A DNA stretch of 63,671 nt, filler included, from Octopus bimaculoides (GCF_001194135.2; 10 parts of 7 records of this genome joined end to end with filler, not necessarily neighbours in it), one strand, 5' to 3'; positions 12,753 to 26,775 are shown, counted from the first letter of the whole stretch. Translations and numbers: made by a program. Notes: generated from the letters alone by a model not told the origin.

Positions 12753-13528
12753 TGCATGCATGTATGTATGTATGTATGTGTGTACGCATGTATGCATGTA
12801 TATATGCTTGTACGTATGTATATGCGTACATGCATATGTGTATCTATACGTATATGCATGAATGTATATGTCTATATATGTCTTTATATGTCTCTCGATG
12901 AATTTAAATAAACATATTCTAGGGTCTTATGGCCATTTATTATTTTTTTCTTTTCTTGTCTGTTTGTTATCTATCAACACCCTTTTAACCGTTTCCCTCG
13001 TATCCCTTCATCAGCACACCTCTCTCAAGCTGCTCATTCCGGCTAAATTTTCTAATCTTGAAAAGCCTTAATGATCTTAAACGTTTTTGATTTCTCCTTT
13101 CAGTACGTTCCTTATTCTCTTTTCTCTCTTCTCTTCTTATCTCCCTTTATACAGTAAAATGTGAAGAAAACTGCTACAATTAATTGTAATTTAAAAAAAG
13201 AAACATTTTAAAACCACAATTCTACTGCAATACCAGTAGAGGTAATCATAAGACGAGAATTCAATTCGGTTTAAAAAGTAACGCTATCACCTTCGACTAA
13301 ATACCAACGCAAGAGGCTTGTTTCAATTAGTTCACTATGAAAACGTCGTGATGAAATTGTGGCGACTAGGCTGCATAATTGCTTGCAGAGCAATGTGTAG
13401 TTGCTGCAGTAGAAACATATGTCGGTCATTGTTATATACGCTGTAGAAAACTTTTTAATAAAAATGTTTTGGATGTGAATAAATCTCCACTCTACTTTTG
13501 GTTTTCAATTATATATGTATATATAATA

Positions 13529-13693
13529 GGCGTAGGAGTGGCTGTGTGGCAAGTAGCTTGCTTACCAACCACATGGTTCTGGGTTCAGTCCCACTGCGTG
13601 GCACCTTGGGCAAGTGTCTTCTACTATAGCCTCGGCCCGACCAAAGCCTTGTGAGTGGATTTGGTAGACGGAAACTGAAAGAAGCCCGTCGTA

Positions 13694-13695
<2 letters not shown>
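13529..13695 (+). mobile_element. SINE family 2, 5' half (tRNA-like head)
   Basis: A-box-like GGCTGTGTGG and B-box-like GGTTCAGTCCC, then CCTTGGGCAAGTGTC...GACGGAAACTGAAAGAAGCC. Homologous to the copies at 38655 and 39631. Confidence 0.85.
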
Positions 13696-13724
<29 letters not shown>

Positions 13725-14052
13725 NNNNNNNNNNNNNNNNNNNNNNNNNNNNNNNNNNNNNNNNNNNNNNNNNNNNNNNNNNNNNNNNNNNNNNNNNNNN
13801 NNNNNNNNNNNNNNNNNNNNNNNNNNNNNNNNNNNNNNNNNNNNNNNNNNNNNNNNNNNNNNNNNNNNNNNNNNNNNNNNNNNNNNNNNNNNNNNNNNNN
13901 NNNNNNNNNNNNNNNNNNNNNNNNNNNNNNNNNNNNNNNNNNNNNNNNNNNNNNNNNNNNNNNNNNNNNNNNNNNNNNNNNNNNNNNNNNNNNNNNNNNN
14001 NNNNNNNNNNNNNNNNNNNNNNNNNNNNNNNNNNNNNNNNNNNNNNNNNNNN

Positions 14053-14100
<48 letters not shown>

Positions 14101-14995
14101 TGTATGTGTGTGTGTGTGTAGTGTGTGCGTGCGTATGTGTGTATGAGTGTGCTCGCGTGATAGTCGCGTGTGTGTGGTTTATATATATATGTGTATGTAT
14201 AATATGTTTATGTATATTCTAACCATCGTTATGGTGATGTAGTAGCATGTCATACGTTTATCGCGTCATGCCATTTATTATATGTGTGAGAAGTGTGTAT
14301 GTGATATGTTGACAATTTGTAAAACGATACTGTGACAATGAGCTCTTGACCGTGACAGTGAACATGCTTTAAAACAGTATTCAAAAGAATGTGTTTATCA
14401 ACAATGAAAATACTAAAGGACGCATTTAGTTTTGGTGCAGGGTAAATTGGATTATGGGATGTCAATTGTATTAGAACATTGTTTTTTTTTTGTTCGTCAG
14501 GGTTTTATTTCTGTGCGTATATTTACAAATTTTTGATACCTTGGAGTTTGAAGGGTTAAAATTTATGCGAATAGAATGGTTTTAACATCTGAACTGATAT
14601 GATCAAAAGGAAAGTCATGGCATTTCTTTTATTTCATGCATTTGTGAAGAACAGTGTCGTTATTTGTAGGTTTCAAATGGTCCACTGGGTTTCTATTAGT
14701 GAGAGTAACATGTTTTGCTCATTCGACTTCGAAACCACCGCCTTCATAAATTATGACTTATTTTAATCCATCATTATTTTCAACATTAATACTTTTGCAT
14801 TTCATCAAATTCCCTCTTTCAATAAACCATTAAACGATTCATTATTTACTTATTAATAGATTTCAATTTACCAATGCGCTTCTTAAACTCCAAAACATAC
14901 ATTCCTCTATCTTTTTATAGCCTTCTACTGATCCTCATATTTATTTATACTTAAAATGCCGTTTTATATATTTATACATATATGTATATATATAT

Positions 14996-15043
<48 letters not shown>

Positions 15044-15057
15044 TAAGGAATGGGAAA

Positions 15058-15166
15058 TAGTCAGAACTTTGGTTCATTATTTATTTAGCACTTTCATTTC
15101 AGAGATTCGTAAATCTCTGAAACGAGATGAAAGCGCTAAATAAATAATCATCCAAAATTCTGACTA
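15058..15166. mobile_element. TA-bounded palindromic MITE-like element
   Basis: TAGTCAGAACTTTGG pairs with CCAAAATTCTGACTA. ATTATTTATTTAGCACTTTCAT pairs with ATGAAAGCGCTAAATAAATAAT. TTCAGAGATT pairs with AATCTCTGAA around the loop CGTA. Confidence 0.7.
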
Positions 15167-15805
15167 CCTGTTTTTCTTTTCTCTTAATATATAAGCCTGT
15201 ATACCGCTTCAAACAATCTATACATACATACATACATGTGTGTGTATTTGCGTGTGTGTGTATTTGTGTGTGTGTGTGTGTGTATGTGAATGCGTGTGCG
15301 TGTATGTAAAGTATAAGTATTTCCGTGTGTTAATTATATTCTAGACCTTATTAAATATTCCTCCTCTCTGCTAATTTTATCTTTATATATCTTACATATA
15401 TCTTCTATTCAGAACTTCCAGTATAATCTATGGCGAGATCGCTCTCATCTTTCTTCGTACCGTTTCTATTCTTCGTTTTATGCTTAATTCCATTAAACTT
15501 CATATTCTAATTCCGTTTCATTTTGATTTAATTTATTTGTTTTGTTTACTTATTTTTACTTCTTTCTTATTTTTGCTCCCATTTTTTGTTTTTGTACGTT
15601 GCTTGGGTATTGCTCTCCTCCTACTAAACCGCTATCTTACCAGCAAAACACTGTCTCATATTTCTGTTAGCTAACAACAACCTATCAGTATTATGGAGCA
15701 ACTTATGTCACTAGAATCATTTCATCACTAAAATATCCGCTTTTTAAACATAATACATTACTACTTCACGGATTCTACTGTACTTTAATTCATTGATGCC
15801 CTATA

Positions 15806-16164
15806 CAGCTAGTTCCCAGAGGGAAAGACATTTGAAAATACATCGTTTATACGTTATACAAACACAATCTGACAGCCTAATGTAGGTACATTTTGTTTGT
15901 TTTATTCAGTAGTTCAAAAACGTTCCCAGGTTGTCACCCATTTGATACCCAGGTCACATTCCTTTACCCCACCCCCACCGCTTACCACCACAAACGTAGA
16001 ACGCTATCTGCAGCAAAATTAAAGCAACGTACCCTAATTAACCCATTATTTTTTTTACATCAATTGACCAGTTTTAGCTACCCCATTATCGCCCCACTTT
16101 TCTTCAACGCCCCTGGATCTCCCCACCCTCAGGGGAGCAGTACTAACCATTTTGGGAACTACTG
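15806..16164. mobile_element. Possible hAT-type non-autonomous element
   Basis: Ends CAG(C)TAGTTCCCA and TGGGAACTACTG resemble hAT/Charlie TIRs. No matching 8-bp TSD was found. Confidence 0.4.
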
Positions 16165-17539
16165 GTTTAACTACTCGTATATTCAATAAGCCAATGGACA
16201 TTGATAATAACCTAGTGTATTAACTACAATGACTGTCATTCTAATTTTGTTTTCGTCAGTCTCCCATCATTCAAACAAATGAATAGCTGAGTACTTCGTT
16301 TAGCAACGACAAGGCCTCGAATTTGAACTCATTGCGTGATATCTTGGACATGTACCTTTTCTATAGCTTTGTATCAAGTCGGGTCTTGTCATCAAGTCGA
16401 GTGTTGTATCAAGCTGGGTCTTGTAATTGAATTTGGTAGACACAAATTAAATAGCAGCCCACCAAGAGGACTGTTCTTTTTTAATTTTGTAGCTGAGTCT
16501 GGCGGCAGGGGCAGCACCTATGACATTTTAGATATCCATAACCAGTGAGCTTGAAACTGTTAATGTTCCTTTTAGACTGTCAAAAGTCAACACCTGCATA
16601 AAAACATGAGGGGCAAGAAAATTGCACAGAACCGATGTTCTGGAGATGAAGGAATGTTCATAGTGATAATACGGGTTCGGATTGGAATGTGGATGCAACC
16701 AAGGGATTGGAATGTTAGATGCAACGAGAGGTAAAGCCGAAGATGTCTGACTGACTGCGGCACAAGATCAGCAATCTCTGAGGAACAGAGGCCATTAGAC
16801 AGAAAAGTCAGACAAGAGACAGCACGCCTATCACCCAACCATCTCCTCCGTACGTGTGGGAGTTATGTGTGTGTGTGTGCGCGCGTACGTGTGTGTATGT
16901 GTGTGAGTGTATGCGTATGGTTTTAATGTCAGTCAACTGAGTGGCCATTTTCTAGAGCAAAATAGGATATCCAGATATGCGATCTTTACTTGAATGAGCT
17001 TTATTTGAGTGTTGAAAGCCTCACTTGAGTGTTGTGAACCACAGTTGAGTGTTGTAAAGTTTCAGTTGGTGCTGGGAGTCAAAACTAAATTTCTGACCCT
17101 GCAGAGAAGAATGAACCTCTGGAATACGGTCCTAGCTAGGCTTCTACCAGACTTCTGTAAAACGAGACCTGACTGGTGTTTGACATAAGGGAGAACTCCA
17201 ATGGATCAGCCTTCGCAGAAGCCGTCACTGAAGAGAGAGTGATAGAGATAGAGAGAAAGAATGAGAAATATTCAGGCTGCTGTGGATCGCTACTGTTAAT
17301 GGTTATCTTACTAGAGTGGTTAGAAATAAGTGAGAAATGGACGATAGTTCGTTAGATTAGAGAGATTGCCTTTTCTGGAATGAGAAACAATAAATCGTGC
17401 CTCAAAATGCCCGAGTATTTTCTCGTATTGTGTGAGGAATGAGAGAAATTGGTTAGTATATTCAGTAGTTCCTGGGCGCAGTTTTTGTGCATAATACAAG
17501 AGACATAGTCAGAGAGAGCGGCCGTCCTTGAAGAACCTC

Positions 17540-17585
<46 letters not shown>

Positions 17586-20500
17586 NNNNNNNNNNNNNNN
17601 NNNNNNNNNNNNNNNNNNNNNNNNNNNNNNNNNNNNNNNNNNNNNNNNNNNNNNNNNNNNTACGGAATAGATTTTGAGAGGATTAGCTAAGGGTATGTTG
17701 TGTGGAGTAGCAGAGGTGAAGGTTTTCTCCATAGGGGTATTTCCTATGGGGCCATCATTGTTTAGAAAAGGTGATAATGAAGGACTCTCCAATGCGGGAG
17801 GCATTTTAGTGGGTGACACTTTTATAACTATAAAACAATGATAAAAAAAATGCGTACTCCAATGAAGAATCAAGTGATTATAACTACAAACATTATACGA
17901 GAAAGCAACAGTTACGAGTAGATACAAGGAGTAGGAGGAGTTAGTATTGTTTTACTACTGGAAACGTTAAATGAATTTGACATGATGTAGTCGTAAAAGC
18001 AGAATTATTGAAACCTTGTTTTCATAAAGATAATTAAACCTTCTTTCCATATATAATCGTACATCTTTTTGTGTGCATGTGAATAGCTGTTTGCATGAAA
18101 GTAAGTATGTATATATGCAATGTCTGCGACAAAATAAAAGGCAAAAACGGATACGTAAAGTGAACATGGTTCAATGAGAAGTCCTCACGTGTTAAGTCAT
18201 ATGGCGGAGTGACAAGCTAATGCTACCAGAGCCATCCTAAATAATGTATATTCTTAGAACGATCTTCCTTAAAGACAAACTCTTGTCTGTGTGTATGTGG
18301 GGGTACATGTTTGGGTGTTTCTGTGTGTCTAGTAATTTTGAGCTACATTGAAACCAAAATAAATGACTATAAGATGAAAAGTTATAACTGAGTTAACCAA
18401 GTATGGTGGAAAGGCAAAAAAGGAGAATACCGTTATTGTTGTTTTCATATATTCTTGTGTGTAGACAAAGACACCTGACTGTAAACGGCTAAATCTTTTT
18501 AGCTGGAAATAGATATACAAAACTATCGTCCTTACCACGGTAAGGAAAGACGTAGGCATAAGATCGCTCATTTGACTATTCATTATCTCGTAATTTCTAG
18601 TTCAGGTTCTTTTATAAATGTGATAAAATGAATACAATTTTCCAGTCACCCATCGATAAATATTACTGGTCATCAAAGATCAATAAATTGTTTCAGTTTT
18701 ATTAGTCTTTGAAAGACTATCCTTATATTTCAAGTTATATATACCTTTAGATCATGTCATCATTTACAATCCACAATAATGTATTATTTCAGTTTAATGA
18801 GAGAATTATGTGCCTCAACCGTTGTATGTCTGTGTTATTCCCTTATGCTGTATTCAGTTGCATGAATAATTATGCTGCTTCATTGTCTTTAGTTCTTCAT
18901 GTGAGCATTCACAAGAAAATAAACGGTAACTGGTACTCTAGCACAATATGAAATACACAATTCTTCAAACAGAAATTATAAGAAATGCTGGAATATTTAT
19001 CAATATTGAAACAAAAGACACGCTATACAATAGGAGTATATGAAACGGCACATAACCCCTTCATAAATAAATTAGCGCCTGGAAAATTAGATTATACAAA
19101 AATATGCGAACGCTGTCAACCTGCAATACACATCTAAAGGAATATCTGCAACGAAGAAAATCAATATCAAAGTTTTAGTAAGACCTCTTTCAACTTATGT
19201 ACCAATAAAAGTTAATCTGAACAAATGCAAAGAAACTTTTACACAAAAATTAAAAAGTGAATAAAAAATAATCATGTTGTGGTTTTCATTCACAGAAAAT
19301 TATTCATACATTCGTCAAAGTAGTACACCTAATGTAATAAACTTTAATTTAAAGTTTAAATTAAATGTTTGAAAGTGAATAATCTAACAGCTTTATGCGT
19401 TATTACATGAAATAATTATTCGTTCATACATCTTTTTTAAGATGTGTCAGCAATGCTTTTCCCTATAGGTGATCTGAATTTATTGCCAATCCTAAGCCTT
19501 TGGACCTGGAAATTGCATGTTGTGGCACTCAGTTACGTGTGCTTGAAATCACTATAAAGATGACTGAAATAGCAGATCTAAATTTAGACTAATTAAACTG
19601 TATTACATATATATATGCGACAATTCTAGTTTCTCCATTAGATATAAAATACTACATATGTCTATGTTCAAGTTCTGATCCTGTATAATAGCTTCAGTAT
19701 ACATGACCTTTACATTCCTATGGTCGTAATACTTCACACAAAGTGAAACTTTATAAAACATTAAGGTGATTAATGCTAATGGTTAAATCAATACTAACAT
19801 ATTTAATATAATCAACTAAAATTATTTAATCAGTTATCCCTCAGTCATTCTAATAAATGCTAATAAATGCCAAAACTGCCGCTGCACATACCGATAGAAG
19901 TTTAGTTTATGTAAAGTAGTAAAATATTTTCAGATAGTGGCAATCGTCGAGAACTGAGGACAGGTTGTCTTGTGAATTACATCAAGCTGTTAAGTAATTT
20001 TGTTTTCATAATTTAAAGAGTAAGTCCCATGCTTTAGCTATAATAATAAAACAACAAACGTTGCATTGAATTTCTGTCAATGAGAGTACTGCAATGAGAA
20101 TTCATTCATAAAGTAAGCTTGGACACGTTACGCGTCTGTCTCAGTTTTTATCTCTCTTTTATTTAGCACAATTTCCTTTTCATTGGAATTATATGTTCGC
20201 TAGATGCCAAGCTTGCACTTTTCAAAACACGTAAATATTCTGTTTAACACGTCCCTTTGGTACTAAAATCTTTCTAACTATCGTCACTTCTCTAAATAAT
20301 TTAGCATTTCTTGCAACCAGATTCATTCATGTATCATCAAAAGTTTTTCTGTGTCCGCAGTTGGAATGTCTATCAACTGGTCTAGGAGTAGACTTGAAAT
20401 TGTATGATGAAATTTTTTATAGTTTAAGAAATTCTTGGTTCACCTCTGGCGTTTTAACATACCTTTCATTAGTATACATATGCGTGTTAAAATTACCAGG

Positions 20501-21194
20501 TCTGCATATTCAGTTTTCTCGTAACACGTTTTGTGTCGTATTATTAATTACTAACTGCAGTTGTTGTTAGTATTGTTTAGGCAGCATCAACTCTAAACAA
20601 GGAAACTTCTTTTCAAAGTTGTTCAAACCATTACTATCTCATTACATTTTTCTAGTGCCAGTGGGATCATCTTATCAAATATGTCCTTCCTTTTAAAAAG
20701 TTATTGGGTGTGAGTTGAGGAAAATTTAGCTACTATTACTAGTATGTCAATGTACTAGCTGGAAGACTTTTCTTTGATTTGCGCACACTGCAAAATCGGG
20801 GATTTTTTCCTGCACCCAGTTGCTCACTAAAATAGTGTTCGCATAATCGTTAGAAATATGCCAGAAATATGACATGAATTTTTTTCTGATATAATTTGGC
20901 ACCAAACCTGAAACGTGGGGGGGGGGGGGATCATTACACTAATCATTACACTAATCAAATCATCAAAGGAAGTAGTTGCTACTTTGAACGGAGCAGATTG
21001 CAACACAGCTTATGTGTGCTTCTTGTTAAATGGGAGTTCGCTATCATTTGGTTTTCAAGTATTTTGATGTAATTCGTGCCAGATAACCGAGAAAAAAATG
21101 TAAAATAAAGTCAAGCTTTTAGACGATACCTTAAATTATTATAATTGAATTACCAAATACTTGTAAGTTTTATGTGTAAATGGATCTTCGTATG

Positions 21195-21308
21195 ATTCGG
21201 CGACGAATATTCAGTTAGTCAATCAACTGTCCTGTCTGCTCTTTAATATGGTGTGTAAGTGACTGAGTATTCGACAGATACGTGTACATTTAGCGTAATC
21301 TTCAGGTA
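21195..21308 (-). mobile_element. Degraded internal fragment of SINE family 3
   Basis: AAGTGACTGAGTATTCGACAGATACGTGTACATTTAGCGTAATCTTCAGG resembles the reverse complement of 28810-28870. Confidence 0.5.
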
Positions 21309-23291
21309 AAACAAACACGATACCATATGTAACATGTCTGTACCTTCAAACAAGAGCATAATCCATATAAATAGGACAGAGTATCAAAGTCCTACTTATT
21401 TGTGAAGAGATGATCTCTTAATTTTTATAAGATTTGTAACCTAATTAGCTGCATTACTTTATCGAATGCTTTGTATAGTGATATGGAATCTACAGTGATG
21501 AGATAAACTTTAATGAAACGGCATTACGTGTTGAAATTAATGTATTCAGCCATGAAATTTCCTAATAATACAGATTACTAAACTTTGATTAATAGTGGTT
21601 CCAATATGGAGAGCAATGTTTTTACTTTGCCAACATTTGAAATGTCGTTATTATTAATAGACTTTATCATTCAGTGATGTTCACTCGGGCAACAAATCTC
21701 TTACGAACACTACGCTTAGTTTTTCTTTCAACTGAAAGCCAAATATGTTTTAACAGTGATTTCCCTTGGTGGCATTACCTACCAAATTGCCATACATTAA
21801 CGCAGACAAACAATTACAAACACAGAGATAGTGAAATGCACTTCACTGATTTGTGCTTCCCTTCTTTCTCTAAGTGCTTTTATCTACTCAAAATCGATAT
21901 AACTTGGCATTTTGGTTTCTCTTGTCAAACCAAGAGTAACAGTTTGAGATTCACTGCTTTATTTTCAAAATCAGTAATGACAATTCTGTTTCAAGAGATA
22001 TCATATCTTCATATTTTATATTTGTTGAAACAAAATACGATTCACACAACTGTCGGAGCTAGCTTCCTCATTTATTGTCATTTCGATCCTCCAATCAAGA
22101 AACATTCACAGCAGATATAGCGGCCATTTTGTTCATATTAAAATATATTTTATATTTGTTTGTTTGTTTGTCCGTGAGTGTGTTTGTGTGCTTTTATGTG
22201 TGTATTTATGTGTATGTGTGTGTGTGTCTGTTGATAAAGAAAGAGAAGCTACGAAATTGAGAAATGCCTATTACAGCTGCCATCAAAGTATACTGGAAAG
22301 TAATTTTATGATCTTTGACGTAACTTCTGACGGATAAAGAAGTTTTCATTTATCTTACAAAAGTAGCCGTCTACTATCTTTAGAATTGAATTATGTTTGA
22401 CTAATGTAAGATTTTTAAGGTGTCAGCATTTACTTAAAGATAAAATATTCGTTTCCTTCAAAGCACATATTGTTTACAGCATACTATATCGTGTCAGATT
22501 ATAAAAATCAAAGCCAAGTCAGTAGTAATTGATATTGAATTTCATTATTTGAACATTGTCTACGAAACTTATCAACAGCTAATCGATCAGCTAACAATGT
22601 TTTATACGACAACATTTAGTCCTTGGGGCAAACAACCTCCCTTTCACTTACATTCGCTTATATACTTGACAAATAATACCATCTGCACACCACCATCAGC
22701 TAACACGCAAGCCATATGAAGAATTTCTCTATTAAATACATATTTCTCATGCACTACGTTCAGCTATGTATGCACGCCATGATAATTCTATTTATTCTTG
22801 CTTGGCTGTAAAAGGAGCTGTCTTCTTGAACGCATCGTGCATTCGCTCCTCTCATTTATCTCTCATCTGTTCCCAGAACAAACAAGGCTTCCATTTAACA
22901 CAAAAACTCTCTTTACACTGCTTCGACCCTATTTCTCCAGGTTCATCTACTGTATAAGTATGTGAATGCGTGTGCATGTGCGTGTAGGCGTACATGTATG
23001 TATATATATATATATATATTGTGTATGTGTGTATGTGTGTATGCATCTGTGTGTATATATATTTACATATATGGACATATGTATGTATGTAATTGTGAGT
23101 GTGTGTGTGTGTGTGTGTGTGAATATGTATATGCCCCACTCCAAAGAAGCCAATGAACAATACTCTGCGTTGGTGGTCGCTCGAAAAAGAACAGCCAAAT
23201 ACGCTCCTAAATTACTCTCTACTTTCTTAAAATGGCCACCTTAGATAATATTGTCACAGGCAAATTTTCTAAAACTCGCAATTGCTATAAC

Positions 23292-24178
23292 TAGAAACCC
23301 CGTGACCATAAGTTAGCCTTAACCTCATTAGGGCTAACTTTTAGCTAAAGAATGTAATGACGTGATTGAGCATACGAACATCACTCCAAACTTCTTTATT
23401 TACTGTCAGCTGTAGAAACCCCGTGACCATAAGTTAGCCTTAACCTCATTAGGGCTAACTTTTAGCTAAACAATGTAACGACGTGATTGAGCATACGAGC
23501 ATCACTCCAAACTTCTTTATTTACTGTCAGCTGTAGAAACCCCGTGANNNNNNNNNNNNNNNNNNNNNNNNNNNNNNNNNNNNNNNNNNNNNNNNNNNNN
23601 NNNNNNNNNNNNNNNNNNNNNNNNNNNNNNNNNNNNNNNNNNNNNNNNNNNNNNNNNNNNNNNNNNNNNNNNNNNNNNNNNNNNNNNNNNNNNNNNNNNN
23701 NNNNNNNNNNNNNNNNNNNNNNNNNNNNNNNNNNNNNNNNNNNNNNNNNNNNNNNNNNNNNNNNNNNNNNNNNNNNNNNNNNNNNNNNNNNNNNNNNNNN
23801 NNNNNNNNNNNNNNNNNNNNNNNNNNNNNNNNNNNNNNNNNNNNNNNNNNNNNNNNNNNNNNNNNNNNNNNNNNNNNNNNNNNNNNNNNNNNNNNNNNNN
23901 NNNNNNNNNNNNNNNNNNNNNNNNNNNNNNNNNNNNNNNNNNNNNNNNNNNNNNNNNNNNNNNNNNNNNNNNNNNNNNNNNNNNNNNNNNNNNNNNNNNN
24001 NTGACGTGATTGAGCATACGAACATCACTCCAAACTTCTTTATTTACTGTCAGCTGTAGAAACCCCGTGACCATAAGTTAGCCTTAACCTCATTAGGGCT
24101 AACTTTTAGCTAAACAATGTAACGACGTGATTGAGCATACGAACATCACTCCAAACTTCTTTATTTACTGTCAGCTGT
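23292..24178. repeat. 121-bp tandem repeat array (partly in gap 23548-24001), each unit with a 13-bp hairpin
   Basis: TAGAAACCCCGTGA recurs at 23292, 23413, 23534 and 24057. Units differ by only a few substitutions. Confidence 0.95.
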
Positions 24179-24668
24179 TTGACGAACTAACTTTTTGTAT
24201 TGAGGACACTCATCTCCACTCACCTCTCTTTGCGGTCAACGTACATTTTTGTTGTTGACTTTTCTATATTTAATTGATCATCGATCCATTTATTTCTATA
24301 ATAATCTTCTTTGACAGTCTGTGTGTATGAGTGAATATTGCGTATGTAGCGGTGTTTGTGAGTACTCGCATGTGTGCGTGTGCGTATTCTTTATATTCTG
24401 CAGCTTTAAACGTATTTCTGTAATATGTTTTGGCAACGCTTTCGCGACTTATATGAATATTAACATAAACCCAAGATATAACTAATGGATTGTTCTTACA
24501 TGGCATGTTACCGTGAGCTGAAAATGGAATGGAACTTATGACTGTTTTGATGTAATTAGTTGTTTGGTAGAATAAAATATATATTATCTCTTTAAGGAAT
24601 TTGTATTCGTTTTTAATGACGTTGAGAAACATTGAGATATTCACAATAGAGCATTTCAACTTTGAAAA

Positions 24669-24833
24669 TGTTGTGTTGACGCCCCCATGCGAAGACGTAG
24701 GATCTCCCAACACATATAAATAGAGGTATTCTGGCCGTGGTAGGAGTGTTGAGTAGCATTCGAGTAGCAGTTGTGTAGTAGTTGAGTAGAGATCATCCGA
24801 AGGTGCTAGATAGCAGTAGCTTGAGACATAACA
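24669..24833 (+). mobile_element. Solo LTR, 165 bp, with 5-bp target-site duplication GAAAA
   Basis: Starts TGTTGTGT and ends ACATAACA (TG...CA inverted termini). GAAAA flanks at 24664-24668 and 24834-24838. Internal TATAAATA. Confidence 0.8.
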
Positions 24834-25327
24834 GAAAATTAATTTATTTGTTAATTATCATTAGAAAGTGTTTTCTTTATTAATTGACACAAAAACAAAT
24901 ATTAACATGGACGTCCATTTTTCATTATATTTGTGAGTGCTTGTATGTGCGCGAATGCGTGTGTGGGTCTATGTGTGTGTATGTGTGTGTGTGTGTTAAA
25001 AAACGGAACACCTGCGAAAATTGCAGGTGTTCTATTCTTGATTCTGTTCAAAAGAATCAAAAACATTGCTGTAGGAATTAGTCTTTTGTTATAATTTAGT
25101 TACCTTAGTTACCATGGTCACATTAATCTTTAAATTTATAAAATATCTTTAGTTTCTATTTTCAATCATTAATATCCATCGCTCTTTCTTTCCTTTCAAT
25201 TATTGAAATACTTCGATTTCATTTCCAACTGTGCGTAAGCAATATTTTCTCGAGGACTTGTCTAATTTTAAATATCTTTTGTCTAATATTAAATACTTTT
25301 TGTCTCATTTTAAATATTTTCTGTAAT

Positions 25328-25403
25328 AAGGAGTACGTAGAAGGTTTACGTAGAAGGAGTACGTAGAAGGAGTACGTAGAAGGAGTATGTAGAAGGTTTG
25401 TAG
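25328..25403. repeat. 13-bp minisatellite AAGGAGTACGTAG, ~6 copies
   Basis: Read directly, with an AAGGTTT variant in copies 2 and 6. Confidence 0.9.
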
Positions 25404-26188
25404 ATCGTTTAACCTTTGTGATTAAAAGAAGATATTTTTCCGACTTAAAAAGTGATAATTTCACTTCATTATTACAATCACAAAGAATCTGAAAGAAAAC
25501 TGTTAACCACAACTATTAAACACCATACATAGACCTTAAAAATCAAGAGGGATGGTCAACGGTCAGCAAGAAAGAGAAATTGCTGAGCGTAAGCAATTGT
25601 TTATCTTGGATAATCGTAATGGTTACAGCTTATTAAAAGATGCTAACTCGACAAAAAAATAAAAACTTTTCTTTCTCTAATTTGGCTGTTAGAAATGCTT
25701 AAAGAAGATAATACAGAGATCAGTGAGCCATCACAAGGAAGCAGTTTGGTGGTTTCATATAATTATGTTCAGAAAGGTTTACTAAACTAGGTGTTTGCCT
25801 TCATAGTCTTTTCTAAAAAAAAAAAAGTCTAACTGCTTTCACTGACACCTATACAAGAAACAATGAAACCTCAAATTCAATATTGTGGTTTTCAGCCAGG
25901 TAGAGTCATAGTACATCAGCATATACTTATCAGTTACTTTCATCCATTTCTTCGACAGCCACCACAACATAGATAATTCAACGAGTTTATATCCAACGCC
26001 TCTACTTTTCAAATAGTAAAATATACAAACAAGTATTCATAATGCTGATTAAAGGAGAGAACCACAGTCCAAACTGAATGTAAAATATATGATAATACAC
26101 AGACACACAGAGAGATACACACAGAGACTCACACTAACACACACACACACACACATACAACGTACATGCATGCATATATACGTACACT

Positions 26189-26220
<32 letters not shown>

Positions 26221-26539
26221 TACATACATACATATATNNNNNNNNNNNNNNNNNNNNNNNNNNNNNNNNNNNNNNNNNNNNTTAATTAATTAANNNNNNN
26301 NNNNNNNNNNNNNNNNNNNNNNNNNNNNNNNNNNNNNGTGGTGAGCGAAGGAGTGGGGTAGTGGTTAGGAGTGGGATTGTCTGATAAAAATCTTTATAAA
26401 TTTCTTTCCTTAAATAAGATAATGTAAATTTCAATTTTATAGTTTTTTTTTATAAATAAGCCTTATTCAGGCTAGAAAATAAAAATATGACAAAAGCTAT
26501 TGTGTGACTTTTGTTTATTTTTCCATTGCTAAAAAACCA

Positions 26540-26602
26540 CTAATAATAATAATAGTAGTAGTAGTTGCAGTAATAATAATAATAATAATATTAATAATAA
26601 TA

Positions 26603-26646
<44 letters not shown>

Positions 26647-26775
26647 AACAACATGATAATGATAATGACAATAATAAATAAATTAAATTAAAGAGTGAAA
26701 AATTTTGCTAAAAATGAAAATTGGGAAATAGAAATAACAATAATAATAATAATAACAATAATAATGATAATAATG
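26540..26775. repeat. Compound (AAT)/(AGT)/(GAT) microsatellite region
   Basis: Read directly. Confidence 0.85.

Noticed and set aside
19934-19993. Candidate 60-nt exon (SGNRRELRTGCLVNYIKLL)
   Set aside because: Short and unrecognised. It needs RNA-seq support.
21674-22120. 148-aa ORF in unique sequence
   Set aside because: Non-ATG start in the track, composition typical of random AT-rich DNA, and no motif recognised.
23292-24178. CRISPR-like array
   Set aside because: Units are near-identical along their full length, with no unique spacers and no cas genes, in a eukaryotic context.
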